From: Sphagnum compactum
Taxonomy: Eukaryota
DNA length: 64,000 nt
NCBI GenBank assembly: GCA_965153455.1
Contig: OZ234493.1
Coordinates: 11,274,213-11,338,212 of the forward strand
Reading direction: 5' to 3'
Position 1 is the first letter of the stretch, and each line of letters starts with the position of its first letter. Under the pieces are notes generated by a model. The model saw nothing but the letters and a program-made list of their open reading frames with translations, was not told the origin of the DNA and made no database searches. Of this stretch, positions 1 to 13,937 are shown one piece after another. The translations under genes and the position numbers were made by a program.

Positions 1-99
1 CGAACGAGCTCACAGCACCAGCGTCAGCGGGAGACACACACACACAAACCAGCAGCGGCAAGAGAGACCACTCTTCCCGAGGAGCTCCTGAAAACCTTA

Positions 100-480
100 C
101 TATGGTTAAAAAATGGGTTGTGGTTTATCAACACCGGATCCCGGGCTACGACATTCTAATGCAGAATTGTCGAGCGGCGAGGAAATGAGACTGGGTGGCG
201 AAATTCCCCAATCAGCGTAACGCGCGGGGTGGCGATCGATCGAGCGATGTCGGTGAAAAGCGCACGAGGAAACGAATGGACGAGTTTTCACGTTAGGCCT
301 TAGTCCTGTGTTTCGCCACTTGTGGAATTTGTTTTGGTCCAGAGGAGACAGGACATATTACGGGCGGAAAATCCAGGTCCTGATTCCTTGCCACATCGTC
401 AGCGGGGGAACCTGAAACTGACCAATACGGAGGCTTTGCCACGTGCATGGCCTCTGCTTTTTGATTCCCCAAGGCATGTA
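100..480 (-). promoter_or_regulatory. Probable promoter of a minus-strand gene lying left of the window
   Basis: CpG-rich island with CCAAT (422-426) and G-box CACGTG (440-445). Bases 1-100 resemble a CT/GT-rich 5' UTR on the minus strand. Confidence 0.35.
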
Positions 481-2199
481 CTCTGATACCCTTATTAAGA
501 TTTTTTAATAAATAATATTATTTTTAAAAAGTTAAATCCTTTTTTTTTTTTTTAACTTTTTGGTTGGGGATTTCTTTTTTTGGGAGAAGTTGGGGAGGTA
601 GGTATTTGGGGGAGGGGGGAAAATTAAGGGGCTAGGTAGGTAGGTAGGTAGTAGGTACCTAGTTCTTAGGCACCCGTGTGAGGCCGAGCCAAGGGTGGGC
701 CTGATGTTAATAAAGCTTGTACTTGAGGCCTTTATCGAGCGTAAAGCCCTACGCCAATTTTTTTAAAGAACTAGGGGTACCTACCTTGCGGGATTAGGGT
801 TTAAGGTTTAGGGGTTTAACCAAGCATATATATATTTTTTCTTTGTTTGGCCCCAATGTCAAAATGCACATAGCGTCGTGAACCTTCACCTAAATTAATT
901 AACGGAATAAAACAACATTTTGCATCAACAAGAAAGAGTTATGAAATGTTTAGACTTTGATAATTTCTAAACATCAACATTTTTTTAAATATCACCTACA
1001 TACACTTGACTTGGGATGGACATTTTATTTTTGCCCCCTTTTAATTGTCCTCTTTTTGAAATGGATGAACTTTTTTTTCTAATTATTTTTTTTTTTTCCA
1101 ATCAATTGAGAGTTTTTTTTGTTGGGAACTTTAATAGTTTATGGAATTAGTGAAAACCTAAGTCCCTCTCTTAAATCTTTATGAAGAGTTAGATTAAAAA
1201 ATGTGAATTCATGTTAATCTAATGCAATCTCATTTAAGTTTTTCTTTTTTATTATTGAACCTTGAAATGCAAAATGTTTAACATTTTGCACACATGAAAT
1301 CAAAAGGATCTATCGATTGATAATTAGTTTAACCCAATGTGGTAAATAGGAACTCATTTTGTGAACAACAAAAAGGTTTTTTTTTATAAAAAAAACCCAA
1401 TATAAAATAAATATTAAAGGATGGAGTGAAAGTTAATCAAGTTAACCAACATTAGGAAAGGGGAAGAATTTAAGATAAATGTCAATTGGCAAGGTAAAAA
1501 ACAAGGGTTGAAGTTGGAGGTAATGTTGTTCTAAGTAGGAAATGATAGAAGTGCTTTTTATTTTGTGTCCAAAATTAGACAATGATTGTGTAAGGAATAG
1601 AACCTAGAGAAAAAATTATTCCTTAGATGTCTTAGGGCTTAGATTAAGAATAGGTAGTTCTTTCTTGATTTGGGGCAAAGCTTCGATACTAGAGCTTCGT
1701 CGATACAAGGTGATTGTTTGTTGTAGCACATATCTTGTGGTTGTTATTTTATGAGCAAGGAGATCTTTTAGATGAGTGATTGTAATGAAACTTGAAAAGG
1801 AGGTTGGGGGGCATACTAATTATGCAAAGGGATGACGTAGTTGTTATTCATGAGAAGATGATCCAAGCGAAGAAGCATGGAATGATGTATTGTAAGAATT
1901 GAAGGTTGAAACATCTTGAACAAGCAAATAGGGTTTTCAACGGTGGTAGCTTGAAGGTTTACTCATGAGGAAGACAAGTGTCAAGCGACAAAATAGAGGA
2001 TGATGAGAAAGAAGTCAATTAGTTCAACTATTTTTGTAGGAAAGATAGGTAGTGACATGATAGAAAAGGAGGAGGAATAAAGGTTGGCAAGCTTAAGGTT
2101 TCCCTTTCTTACACATGGAGATTGTATCTATGTTTGGAAAAACCCATGACATTTTAACAAGGGATCTTTCATAAAGAAATGAGAAAAAATATTCACTAT

Positions 2200-2370
2200 G
2201 AATTAAAGAGATAGTGTGAGCAAAGGAGGATGAACTTGGTATGAGTTAAAGAGATAGTGTGGGCAAAGGAGGATGAACTTGGTATGAGTTAAAGAGATAG
2301 TGTGAGCAAAGGAGGATGAACTTGGTATGAGTTAAAGAGATAGTGTGGGCAAAGGAAGATGAACTTGGTA
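2200..2370. repeat. 43-bp tandem repeat, 4 copies
   Basis: Unit GAGTTAAAGAGATAGTGTG(A/G)GCAAAGGAGGATGAACTTGGTAT starting at 2200, 2243, 2286 and 2329. Confidence 0.95.
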
Positions 2371-4478
2371 ACCTAGATCTAAAGCCGCTAAGAGGAAGGT
2401 AGGTAGAAATTAAAGACTTGGACCATTTGCAAACTTGTTTTATAATGTGTGGTGAAACATGTTACTAATTTACATATGTTTTTTCATTCTAATTAGTTGC
2501 ATAGAGTTAAGTTGGTGATTATGTAGAGGGGTAAAGAGATCAATCTCATCTTGAGTTAATATTCCTTGGTTAGCTAATAATCATTTTCGTAAAATGGGGC
2601 GTCGAGAAGGGGATTTGTAAATGAAAGAGAAGAACCATAGTAATTTATAAGCATAAGAAAAAAAGAAGGATAAAAAAAATGTGATACATATATATATATA
2701 TATATAAACAAAAGAAAGTGTGGTTAAGCTCTTGGTTAAGATTGTTAGTTTAAGTGAGCTAGAAATAGAGGATTATAATGGAGGAAGGGAATTTTTGAAT
2801 AAGGTTGTCAAAGTCACAAATAAAAAAGAAAATATCAAAAATATATTTTAACCCGTAATGAATGAGACAACAGGTTGAACAAATTAAGATTAGGTTTTTG
2901 TTAAGCCAACCATTTAGATTTTTCTTTGGAAGATGAAATAATAACCCAATTTAAGTAGATGTTTATAATTTCATGAACAATTTATATGATCTTGGATTAC
3001 CAATGTTAGGCAATTAATTATCTTTTTTTCAAATTTATTTAATTAAAATACATATATTAATATATATTCTTAAACCTCTGAGCACATATATATATACATA
3101 AATTTTTTTTTATTTTTTATTTTTTATTTTTTATTTTTTTTTGCTTTTGACTTGTTTTGAAGACATTGTCAATTCAATGATATCATCCACTGAGAGGTAC
3201 ATCTGAAAATGTGTCACTTTATGTTCTTAATTGTTGGCCATGCAATGCAAAAAAAAAGGAGAAGTAAAATGCAGACTTTCATCAAGTAGTATTTCTGTCC
3301 TTACTAGTACATACTCTCAAAGAAAGAAAGAGAAAGAAAGATAAATAAATAAATAAATAAATAATTGAACATACATGTATATTGAGGGAAAGCCCATCAT
3401 CATGCTTGGAATATCCATGGAATATGCATAGAAGGTGGTAGAATGTGGAATGGAGTATGATGTCATGGGGGTGGATGGGGGAGAAAGATGACCCATCACC
3501 TTTACATGATTTTTAATTTTTGGGAAATTGATTATTACATGATTTTATTTATATAAAAAACTAGACCCCCCATTTCTTTCTTTCAACCTTAAATTCCAAA
3601 GTGATGATGAATAATCGAAACTGGTATATGGGGGATTTTTTTTGAAATCGTTCATATGATCATCCATGGACCATTCCAAAGACAATTTCAAGAATAACTA
3701 TCTCATTGTCAAGTCTAACTGCTTCATTTTTTTTCTTAATAATTTTTTTTTCCTTTTTTCCATTAATTTTCTTAATAAATATTTCTCATCTTTCCAAATA
3801 ACTACCTCCATTCCATTTTATAACTACCTCACTCTTTTTGCCTAATCAAAAATCAAAAAATTGGGAATAAAATGATTTTGGAGGGATTTTTTTTTTTTGG
3901 TTAGAAGTGAGAAAATAATAATAATAATAATAATAATAATTGTCAGATTTTCTGTATTTAGTTTTAAATGTGTAACCATAAATATAGAAGCTAGTACCTG
4001 CTTCCTTTTTCCCATGACAACCCTTTCCCGTCCAAGATGTGTCTGGTGATGTCGAGACACATCTTGGCGTTGCCTATATACGCTTTGGTTCCTGTTATGC
4101 ATATTTTTCGAGCTTGTAATCAGCACCTAAATTGCTCATTACAAGCTCAAAAACATGCACAAATGGGTCCAAAGTGTGTCTGGGCATCATCCATCTGTTT
4201 GGGGAAAGAGATCGAATGAGGCAAAAGGGCAGACAAGGGAAAAAAGAAGCAAGCAATCCTTTTGTATCATCTGCAATAACAAGTATTTGCACATATAATG
4301 TGTGGTGGGGGGACCATAACAAGTGGAAGCAGCAGAGGGTTTAGGGTTTAAGCTCACATTTTGTCAACACCATAGAGAGAATGTTGTTGAGAGGGGGTTC
4401 ACAAGAACACACAATATCTGAAAGTTATTCCATAGCCATTTGGATAATCAAGGCTAGATATTTTTTCTTTTTCCAAGG

Positions 4479-4630
4479 GAATGGATGGATAGATGGATGA
4501 ATGAATGAATGAATGGATGGATGGATGGATGAATGAATGGATGGATGGATGAATGAATGGAAAGATTCATGATGAATGGATGATGAATGGATGGATGGTG
4601 GGTGGACGGATGGATGGATGGATGGATGGG
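4479..4630. repeat. (GGAT/GAAT)n microsatellite
   Basis: Direct reading of tetranucleotide repeats. Confidence 0.9.
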
Positions 4631-7600
4631 CAAGTAGGAGATTGGTTGGAAGCAATAGTAATATCCTGTACTTTGTTGCATGAGAGAGAAATGATAAAAG
4701 GGCCCAAATGAAATGAAAGTATGACAGAATAATAATTAAATATTGTCACCAAATATTATCTCTTCATTTACAGTTTCTTTTGCAGGCTTTTGGGTTGCCA
4801 ACTTCCCCACCAGTGAAATGTATTTATTTATTTATTTAATTTATCTATTTATTAATGCAAAAGAATGAGTATCTTATTTTGGGTTTTTAATTGCCAAATT
4901 TTCAAAAAAAAATTATATGCAACCAGAAAAAACAAAAATAAAAACTTCTTCATACATGTAATTTTTTTGGGGAGTTCACCTCAGTACTTGACATCCATGC
5001 GTATATCTCTACTAGAAAACAGAGGATGGATGGAAGGATGGACGGGAAAACTCTGCCTACTACTTGTAAGAGTGGGAGAGATCTTGGCCCTTGGGGTAAA
5101 ATCTGATCTAACCTGACAACCGTTAGATTGACCGACCGATGGATGGATGGATGGATGGGCTTTGTTGTGGTTGTTGTTCTTTTTGGGGTGTTGTTTTGTG
5201 GGGAAGGAGAATTCCCTTTTTAACCAAAAAAAAGGCTTTCGAATGTCAGGAAAGCCCATTTTGTTCGGTCATTTTGAGTTTTCTCGGCCTTTCCAGATCA
5301 TCAATAAATTAAGCCTATGCCACCCACCGACCAACAGATATTACCTAAACCCGCACCTACCGGTGCCACCCACCCGCCAATATGGATGTATTTGGATGGA
5401 TGGATGGATGGTGTGTGGATAGGAAAACACTTTCTTTGGGGGGGGGGGGGGTTGTATTCCTGTTCCATAGCTAACCACAGTGGTTAGTTATGTACTAACC
5501 ATTCACAACATGCATCTACCTACCTGATAACCATCAATTGTGTTCCCTTACTTACATAGTAACCACTTACATTACCTACCTACTTACCTATAATACTTAG
5601 CCACTTAGGTAGGTAGTTATCTAGGTAGTGTGAGCGGGAAATAGGAAGATTTAGGGGATAGATTACCAAGGTGGAAGTTGTGGCTCATGCAACTAAGTAT
5701 GTACATAAGTGAGTAAGTATTAGAGGTTAGTGAGTAAGGAGCGGATATAATAATTATGTAGGTACTTAAGTTGCTAAAGCACTACTTGGTGACTACCAAG
5801 TAGGAAGGTGGGTATGTAGGTAGGTAGATGAGACATTTTTCTTTGATGAAAAGATTTATTTAAAATGGAGAAAATAAATGCAAATGTTCCTTAAAATAAA
5901 TTCTAAATAATGTTGTGTATGTCAAACCATCTTTTGCATATCTAAAACCCCATTAGGATTCGGTTATCAATTCAAAATATATTAAAACTTGGTTACTTTT
6001 TTTTGGTAACTAAGATTAGTTTAAAAAATTAAAGTGTTTTAAAGGGTGGGGAGCCTTATTGGGCGAACACTTCCTCCACAAATTTAAGTTTACTTCATTG
6101 GTGTTTTAAAATTGTCCTTCCATACGTGGTATTTGACAATAAGGAATAATATATTTTGCATAGTAATGCTTTCATATTGAACTCTTATATTCAATATTAA
6201 TGTTTACAAACCATTAAAAAACATGTTTAATTGTTCCATTGTGTATGAAGTGTACCAATCATTCAAGAATCATTAGTTTGAAATGATTTGAGAATTGAGT
6301 ATGGCATTAAACACATCATAGGATAATTGGAAAAGAAAAGACATAATACAAAATGAAAAAGCCATGCAATATTCACAAAGGATTTGTACCAGCCACTTTT
6401 TTGTGCAAAATTTTACATTATTGTGAAGATTTGGAATTTTTGGGTGACAAATTCAACGATTTCTGAAAAAAAAAAGCCAATTTTTTTTAAATCATTTTTT
6501 GGAAAAACAAAATCACCCCATTGAAATACATGGTTCAAGTTTGTAGCTTCTATATATATATATATATATATATATAAGGATTATTTTTTCTTTCATACAT
6601 TTAAAATAGCAAAATTTGGCTATTTTGGCATATGGATGATTGTGACCTCAACTACATCACAAAATTGATGAATTCCAAACCTCGATGATAATTGAAAGAA
6701 ATTCAAAATGGGTATAGACTTCATTTTAAGTAAGATACTTGATTTGAAAAATATATATAAGTAAGAAGCCTAAAAGTGCCCTTGCCCATTACCAAATAAT
6801 TGTCTTTCAAGCACCAAATAGGCCACAAACCAGCTCCAAATGCTTAGGAAACCCATCATAGCACAAATAATAAGGATGACTTGAAACTGGGTTTCATTCA
6901 TGGGTGTAACATCAAAATAATAATAGCCCCAATTGATTGCAACTCGTGGGCACAATTTTTGAAAGTGGGGCTTGTGGGTTAAAACTGTGCCAAAATGTGG
7001 TGAAATTTCCTCCAAAAATAATAACGCTTTTTTTCTCAAATTTTTGGTGATTAAAAAGAAAAAGAAAACAGGGTATCTGCAACAGCATATTCCTTTTTCT
7101 GTTTTTCTTTTTTTGGGGTCGCCAAGGTGCTAAATATTTTCACCAAAAAGGACATTTCCATATGATTACTATTTTAGCCAAAAAAATTTTGGCTCCAAAC
7201 AAAAGTTTTAAAAACATTAAAAAAATTTATTAAAAAATCCTTTTATATTTTTGGCTACATATGATTACTTAATATAGAATCTGGCAATTCATAGAATTTT
7301 CTTTCCAATTTTACAACTAGAAAAACCCCCCCCAAAAAACACTTTCTTATTGCCATTTGGGAAAAAAAAATTGCCAACTTGCAAGCATACCAACCTGAGG
7401 CAATACCAGCCTTATACCCGTACCAGGCTGGTATGAGACCGGAGGCAATACCGGGTATATACCTGCCTTATACCCGTACAAATACCAGGCAAAAAAAACC
7501 AGCCTTTGACCTCATACCAGTACCTTTAAAAAAAAAATCCCTGATACCAGGACCCGTCTGGTATGTTCAAAAGTTGATACCCGTACAACACTGGTTGAAA

Positions 7601-7984
7601 CTGGAGTTACTACTAGGAACCAGGGGTTTGTTTTTTTTTTTGTTTTTTTATTTCCAATTTTGTGATGTAGCCAAAATGGTGATCATCGACAAGAGGGATT
7701 AGCCAAATTTGGCTACAGGTCAGACAGGAAAGTAGAAAATTTTAAGAATCCCTGCTGTATTTTTGCAACTTGGTGGAACCTATTGTCTAAATATTGCGAT
7801 TTTTTCAGATTTTATTTTATTTTATTTTATTTTCCTTCCTTTGGTGGGTTTTTTTCACCAAAAAAAAAAACTATTTGGGATGTGGATGGATTACTATTTT
7901 GGATGTGGAAAATAGATATAGAGGCTCATGTACTGGGTGTGGATGGATCTCATCTTACGACACTACATTTTGGTTCTTTCACAT

Positions 7985-8300
7985 CCAAGTTTAGTAGTTC
8001 TTCTTTGCTTTTTTCCCAACCTGATGCATAAAACTAAAATTGGGACTGCAAATAGGTGGGAGACTGACTACTACTAGCAAACCAGCTGGACCAATCATTA
8101 TGATTTCGCCAATCAGGAACAGGGAGCAGCAGAGTTGGTTCATATTTGGTACACTCTTTCTCCGGCAGGTATTAGACTGTGCTGTGCCTTTTACCAGCCT
8201 CCACAAACTGTGCAAAAATGCAGGGCCAAAACCATTTTGTTGAGAGCCAAACCAGTGTATTTTGATCCAAATCTATTGTGCAGGTCACATACTGAGCACC
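7985..8300 (+). repeat. Dispersed repeat family C, with an inverted copy at about 39190-39410
   Basis: ATAAAACTAAAATTGGGACTGCAAATAGGTGGGAGACT...ATCATTATGATT here matches the reverse complement of AATCATAATGAT...AGTCTCCCACCTATTTGCAGTCCCAGTTTTAGTTTTAT at about 39274-39347. Confidence 0.8.
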
Positions 8301-8929
8301 GCCGGAGATGCTCTAAGGCCACCATGGACTCACACCAAAAGAAAACATCAAAAGGAAAACTTGGAATTCAAGAGAAAGATCGTACCCTCCTTCAAGTCTC
8401 CTTGAGGATCAGATGCTTTCAAGCTACCCATTAAACTCATTTGAAGTTCAAACACTAGGTGTAAAAATTGCATAGAACATGCGCCTCATGCTCAGCTCTT
8501 TTGTCTTCACAAAACATGTCGTCTAAAATTTGCATAGAACATGTGTCTCATGTTCTCCATATTGTCTTCACATAACCTTTTTGCCTTTGAAAGGATTCAA
8601 GCAGTTGTTGCCAAGTTCTTCTTCCCATTAATCTCAACTTGCAAGACCTTGTGAAAGAGAAATCAGAGAGAGTGATTCATGTCTTTACATTTATTTTGAG
8701 CTGAATTCAATCTTCTTTTCTCACTACAGATGGCAGATGATGTGACGATTTTGTGATTTTAATTTACCACAGCAGCTTAGCTCCAAGCTAGAAACCCAGG
8801 AGATGGCAAAACTTGATCCTTGTATTGATGAGACTTCAACAAATGCCAATATGGTCTTGTGAAGAAGCTCACATCATGGACCTGGTGCACCCTGTAGAAG
8901 ATGGAGGCAGCCAAAGTTCAACTCTTTAT

Positions 8930-8960
<31 letters not shown>

Positions 8961-9286
8961 AGAGAAGAAGTTCAAAATCAGTATTTGAGAGGTACACACA
9001 ATTTGAGAGGTTGATCAGAACAGGCACAACTGAAGAAAACAAGAGTGCGTTCCAGTACAAAAAGAAGACAAGAAGAAGAAGAAGAAGGCCACACACACGA
9101 CATCTAAATTGCTGGAAGAATACTTTAAAGGAAGTGATTTTGGTGTAGTAGTACCTGATTGATTCTTTTGTTCAAGAGCTCAAATCCCCCCATCGATTTT
9201 GAAGATTTTGCCCAAAACCCAACAGTCCACAGTTTGTTTCCGAGGGGAGGAAACCAAAACACATTCTTTGTCATGAAGGATATCTA

Positions 9287-11445
9287 TCACTCTTGTGAAG
9301 AGTAGAATGTTTGGTACCCATTACTGGATGCATCCAGGCAGATGTTGCTGTTGTTGTTCAGGGCTTTCTTAGTACTGCCATCTGGTGATGCTGCAGCGTC
9401 AAGGTTGTTGGGGGCACTAGAAGTGTTGTGAGTATCAATTGTTAACCGTTTGTAGAGCACTCTGAGTGTCCCTCCTCTCTTTACAGGGCTGAGTCGTGCC
9501 TTGGGACATTTTTGATGATGATCAGCTGAGGAGAGGAGGAGGATTGATCTGGGCTGGTCTTTCTCCCTCTCATCTGGCTTGCTATTATCAAACATGCATC
9601 TTGACAAAGCTCTTTGTCTGAGGAACTTGAAGCCACTGCCACGATGGTTCTTCAGTTGTTGTTTCCTTGATTTCTTCTTGCTCTCAGAGTTAGTCTCTTG
9701 TGGGTTTTCCAGGACTGAGGAGGAGATGGGTTGTACTGCTGAATTAGTAGAAGCACCCATTCCCAGGGGTGACTGTAGGAGTAGTAGCTGCTCCTGTAGA
9801 TCCTCTTCAGAAGAAGCTTGACCCCTGCTACTGTCAGGGACCACAAGAAGCTCTCTCAAAGCATCATCCATGCCTGCAATCTGTGAATTTGTTAGTTTTG
9901 ATAGTGTCAGGCGCCGATCTAGTAGTACACAACAATCCAAACAAACAAAAGAGTAGTAGTACTACTACTACTACTTGGCAAGTACCTGCGGGAGTAGTGG
10001 CAGCAGCATCATTGCTGACTGAAATGGCAGCTCCCTCTTCCTCTTGTGTGGGGCTATCTCCAGACTTGAAATTGTGTTCCACCACCGTCAGGGCAATATG
10101 CAAATGCCCTGTTTTAGCACCTTGGAGCCTCAACCACATATCCTTTCGCATACCTCCTCTCACTGTATGTAGATCGATGGCACACCATCCCTGCCAGGAA
10201 CACTCGTGGCTGCTGCTGAGTTCTGTCTATTTTTTTCCTATTCTATTTATTTTGCCCCTCAAATTTTTTTATAATAAATTTTCTAGATTTTCTTTTCTTT
10301 TGCAATCCAAGTGCCTCATCAGAAGATTAGTAGTTAAACAAAAGGGGGGAACAGATTGATTGATCAGGTGTTTTTACAAGTTCATCATCCTTCCCAAAGG
10401 AATCCCGATCACGAGCTCGCAGCAAGATCTTAGAGGGCAAATTCCAGCTGCAGATACGAATGCGGAACAGCTCATGCCATACAGGATGCAATGTCTGCTT
10501 CTTGATGGAAGTCTTAAATTTCATCTTGTCCACTGTTATCTTCACATATGGGTCTGGGAGCCCTGCAAAGTACACACATCTCCTCAAAAACCCATCAGCC
10601 TCTTCTCTTCTCTTTTCTCTTTCTGTCTCTCTCTCTGTATCTCTACTTTGCATTTTGTCTGATCATCAGCCATTTCCTTGATTGAGTGTTTTGGGCATCC
10701 TTGGAGATGGATGGCATTACCACAACTGTCTTTGGGTTCCAAGTTTTTCCCATCCAATATCTCCAGAATTGCAAAACCCACATCCTTACTATCTTTCAAG
10801 GTTCCTGCAAAAACACCCACCCACCCCCCCACCCACATTACATTATCATCAAACCACATATGCCCTAATTCCCACATTTTGAATCTACATACCAGAAACA
10901 ATCCTACGATAGAAAAAACAGGAAATCTGGGAGCAAGAGAAAATTTCTTTGGCACCAACCAGTATGCATGAAGTGGATGCCATCTTTGTCAGTATCCATG
11001 TCATAGTGTGCACCACAAAGTTTGATCAAGTCCAACCTCAGGGGATATGGTTCCACCAAACAAGTCTCAACTGCTGTCTGCACTGCTTTTGTCTGCAACA
11101 AAATTCATTATCTAGTTTAGATGATGATTGTTGCTTGCAAAGAATTTGCAGTTCACAAAACTAAAAAAGGTGGAAAGCAGCAGATAACACCATCTACTGG
11201 GGGGGGGGAGAAGAAAAGCGCTTTTGTGATCTTCTTGCTGGTCATGCTTGAAGATAGGCTACCAGTCTTGTTTGGTGAACCCAAAAGCTGAATTCCAGAT
11301 CACAAGCTCTGGGAAAATCAGTATCATCAGAGAGTTTCTGATGTTTGGAAAAAGGATTTTGGAAAGTCTAGATATATAAGGTTTAACAATTGTTGCTCAA
11401 TTCTGATTCTTCATAGGACCACAAACACATAGCCAACAAAACTGT

Positions 11446-11497
<52 letters not shown>

Positions 11498-12827
11498 ATT
11501 CTCTTGCAGAAGAATCTCTAGAAAGTGTAGGAGTTTGCTGCACCCATGTACCATCCCTCTCACTACATGAAACATGGCATGAAGGCAGCAATGGCATGAT
11601 GAGCTTTGATCCATTTTGTTGACATTGAAGAAGGTTTCGTGCTAATAAGATCAATACCACAACAATCAATCTGGTATCATCATCATCATCATCATCATCA
11701 TCTTTGTGAACAAGAATTCAGCAAGAATTATCTGCTTGCTGAATTCTTCTTCCAGCAACCAAAAAGAGAAGAAATGCAGTGGCAGCAATAAGATAAACAA
11801 CAGCCAGCCAGCCCACCAGCCCACAAGCTCCCAGCTTTTGCTAAGAGATTCAAAGAACAGAAAGGAGAAGAGAGATGGGTGTGAGTGGGGGGTGGGGGGA
11901 AGGAGAGACACAAGACTGGCCTACCACCCAAGAAGCAATTCCAGGTAAGTCGGTGACATCCACACTGGAGGAAGACAGAGGCCTGACACTGAGTCCAAGG
12001 ATGGGTACTGTCACAAAGGCGACAGTCAATTGCCCAAGGTAAGGATAGTATGGCACAAACTTGCAGCCGAGTCGGAGCTTGCCTTCAATGCGCAGATTGT
12101 TGCCATACAGCTTCCCTGCTAATCCTAACCCGACTGAAGCTCTCTTCAACTTGGCAATGAGCTCCACCTGCATATCATCAGCTGCAACAAATGAGACATC
12201 CATCTCCATCACCGCATTGTCACCATCTTCTGACACTCGATGCACTCTTACTGATTGTATCACTGGCGGTGAGCTTCCCAGTCTCAAGAAATCTATGACC
12301 AGCTTGTTGAGAGCTCGTGGTTTGTAGTGGCTGAGATTCACATGCAGGCATTCTCCCACCAGCTTTGACAACCATCTCTCCAGCCAACAAGGCCACATCT
12401 CCTGCAGCAAGAAATTGAGCCACATCACAGACTCAGTATCTGTGATCCTCACTCTCTTGGATCTCTTCTCTTCCATTCTGTTCTGCATCTGGATCTTCAA
12501 CCTCTCCTTCTGTACATTGTCCACCTTGTGGAGATAGAAGATGGCAACAATGATGGCAAACGGATAGTTGTAGTGATGATAGCCTGCGATCCACAGCAAT
12601 GACAGCATCAACACCAGATGCAAAAACAGTGGCCATCTCAGAAGAGCTTCGTACAAACTTCCCACCAACTCTCCTTCCCTCTTGTTCCATCTCCTTATGT
12701 GAGGAGGCAGCGGCAAAGGTCCTCCTACATTTCTGTCATCACAATTGCTGCTGCTGCTGCTGTTGTTGTTGTGCACTCCTTGCTGCTGCATTACTGCTGC
12801 TACTCCCTTGCTGCTGCTTGATCTCAT
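9287..12827 (-). CDS. SMP-domain plus C2-domain membrane protein (synaptotagmin/extended-synaptotagmin-like). Predicted exons 12827-11925, 11092-10960, 10804-10721, 10562-10378, 10190-9986, 9873-9287
   Basis: N-terminal hydrophobic segments (WPLFLHLVLMLSLLWIAG, PFAIIVAIFYL), SMP signature ESVMWLNFLLQEMWP...LRLGSSPP...VDVTDLPGIASW, and C2 motifs LEILDGKNLEPKD / PDPYVKITV / LHPVWHELF / DRDSFGKDDELG. GT-AG junctions keep the frame. The start ATG is uncertain. Confidence 0.82.
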
Positions 12828-13937
12828 GTGGCAGCAACCTTCTCCTTGCCACAACTGTTGCAGCAACTACTATACAGGATTTGCAAAAGCAGAATTGGAA
12901 ACCCAATAAACTTGAGAGATTGTTGCAAAAGTGAGCAAGAAGAAATCAGGCAAAGAGGGAATCAGTTATTGTTAACTGTTTTGTTGATTTGGGTATAAGG
13001 AGCTTTGCATTTGTTGGTTCAACCTCTGCTTCTTCTTCAACCTTGCTGCTTCTGCATGAACCTCGACCATGTTTCGAACAACACCAGAAACTCTTTGAAT
13101 GGGTTATGTGGAATCAGTGGCAACAGCTTCAAAACATGCACACAAGCATTCATGCAACACATGGAACAAGAAAATCTCTTTTCACAGCTTTTAGAAATGG
13201 AGATCAAACAAAGTTTCTTGCCAAGTTTTTGCATGATCAAGGAGAATTTTCTTCCTGGTACTCAGAAAAAAGAGATTGCAACAAAAGTTCTCTTCCTGGA
13301 TTTCAGAACCAAGAGCTCAAACAAAAGTCCTTCCTGGGTTTCAGCAACAAGAGATTGAATACAGATGTCTGTCTGTCTGTCTGCCCTCCTACGATGGTCC
13401 AACACAACAGTTGATGCCCATGTTGCTGATTCTGCAGAAACAAAACTGTCTGCTACAACTTCTAGAATTTTTGCAACAACCCAGCAGGAGCCAACCCAAA
13501 CCCCAAACAATCTATCATTCTGCTTGCAAAATTTTATTTTGAGGGAGTTTGCATCTCCATCTTGCTTCTTCTGTCGCTCCCTTACGCCTCAATCCCCAGG
13601 TCAACAAAAAAATTTGGTTCCTTGGAACCATGATAAGCATCATCTTGGCTTGTAGCATCATCTTCTTTCATGGTCACCAGTGAGTTCAATGATGCTTTTT
13701 TCCACAGCTCTCGTGTTTTGTCAACATCTACCACACACAGCGCTTTTGCAAAGCTGACAATTTCAGATGCTCATTGGAAGAGAAAAACTGTGAGAAAGAG
13801 AAAAGCTTTCAAGGAGGAGGATGAGGAGGATGACTAGAACTTCAAACCCATGCCCTTGAAACTACCACAGTAAGTTTGGGATTCAAGCAGGAGGAGACAC
13901 ATGACTCTGGTGCCTGGTGGTAAGGAACCTGACACTG

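Noticed and set aside
422-443. ER-stress element (CCAAT-N9-CCACG)
   Set aside because: The spacing here is 12 nt, not 9.
2200-2370. CRISPR-like array
   Set aside because: The repeats are contiguous with no unique spacers, there are no cas genes, and the context is eukaryotic.
7379-7702. 107-aa ORF with PEAIP repeats
   Set aside because: Arises from short ATACC(A/C)G direct and inverted repeats within repeat-rich intergenic DNA, and has a non-ATG start.
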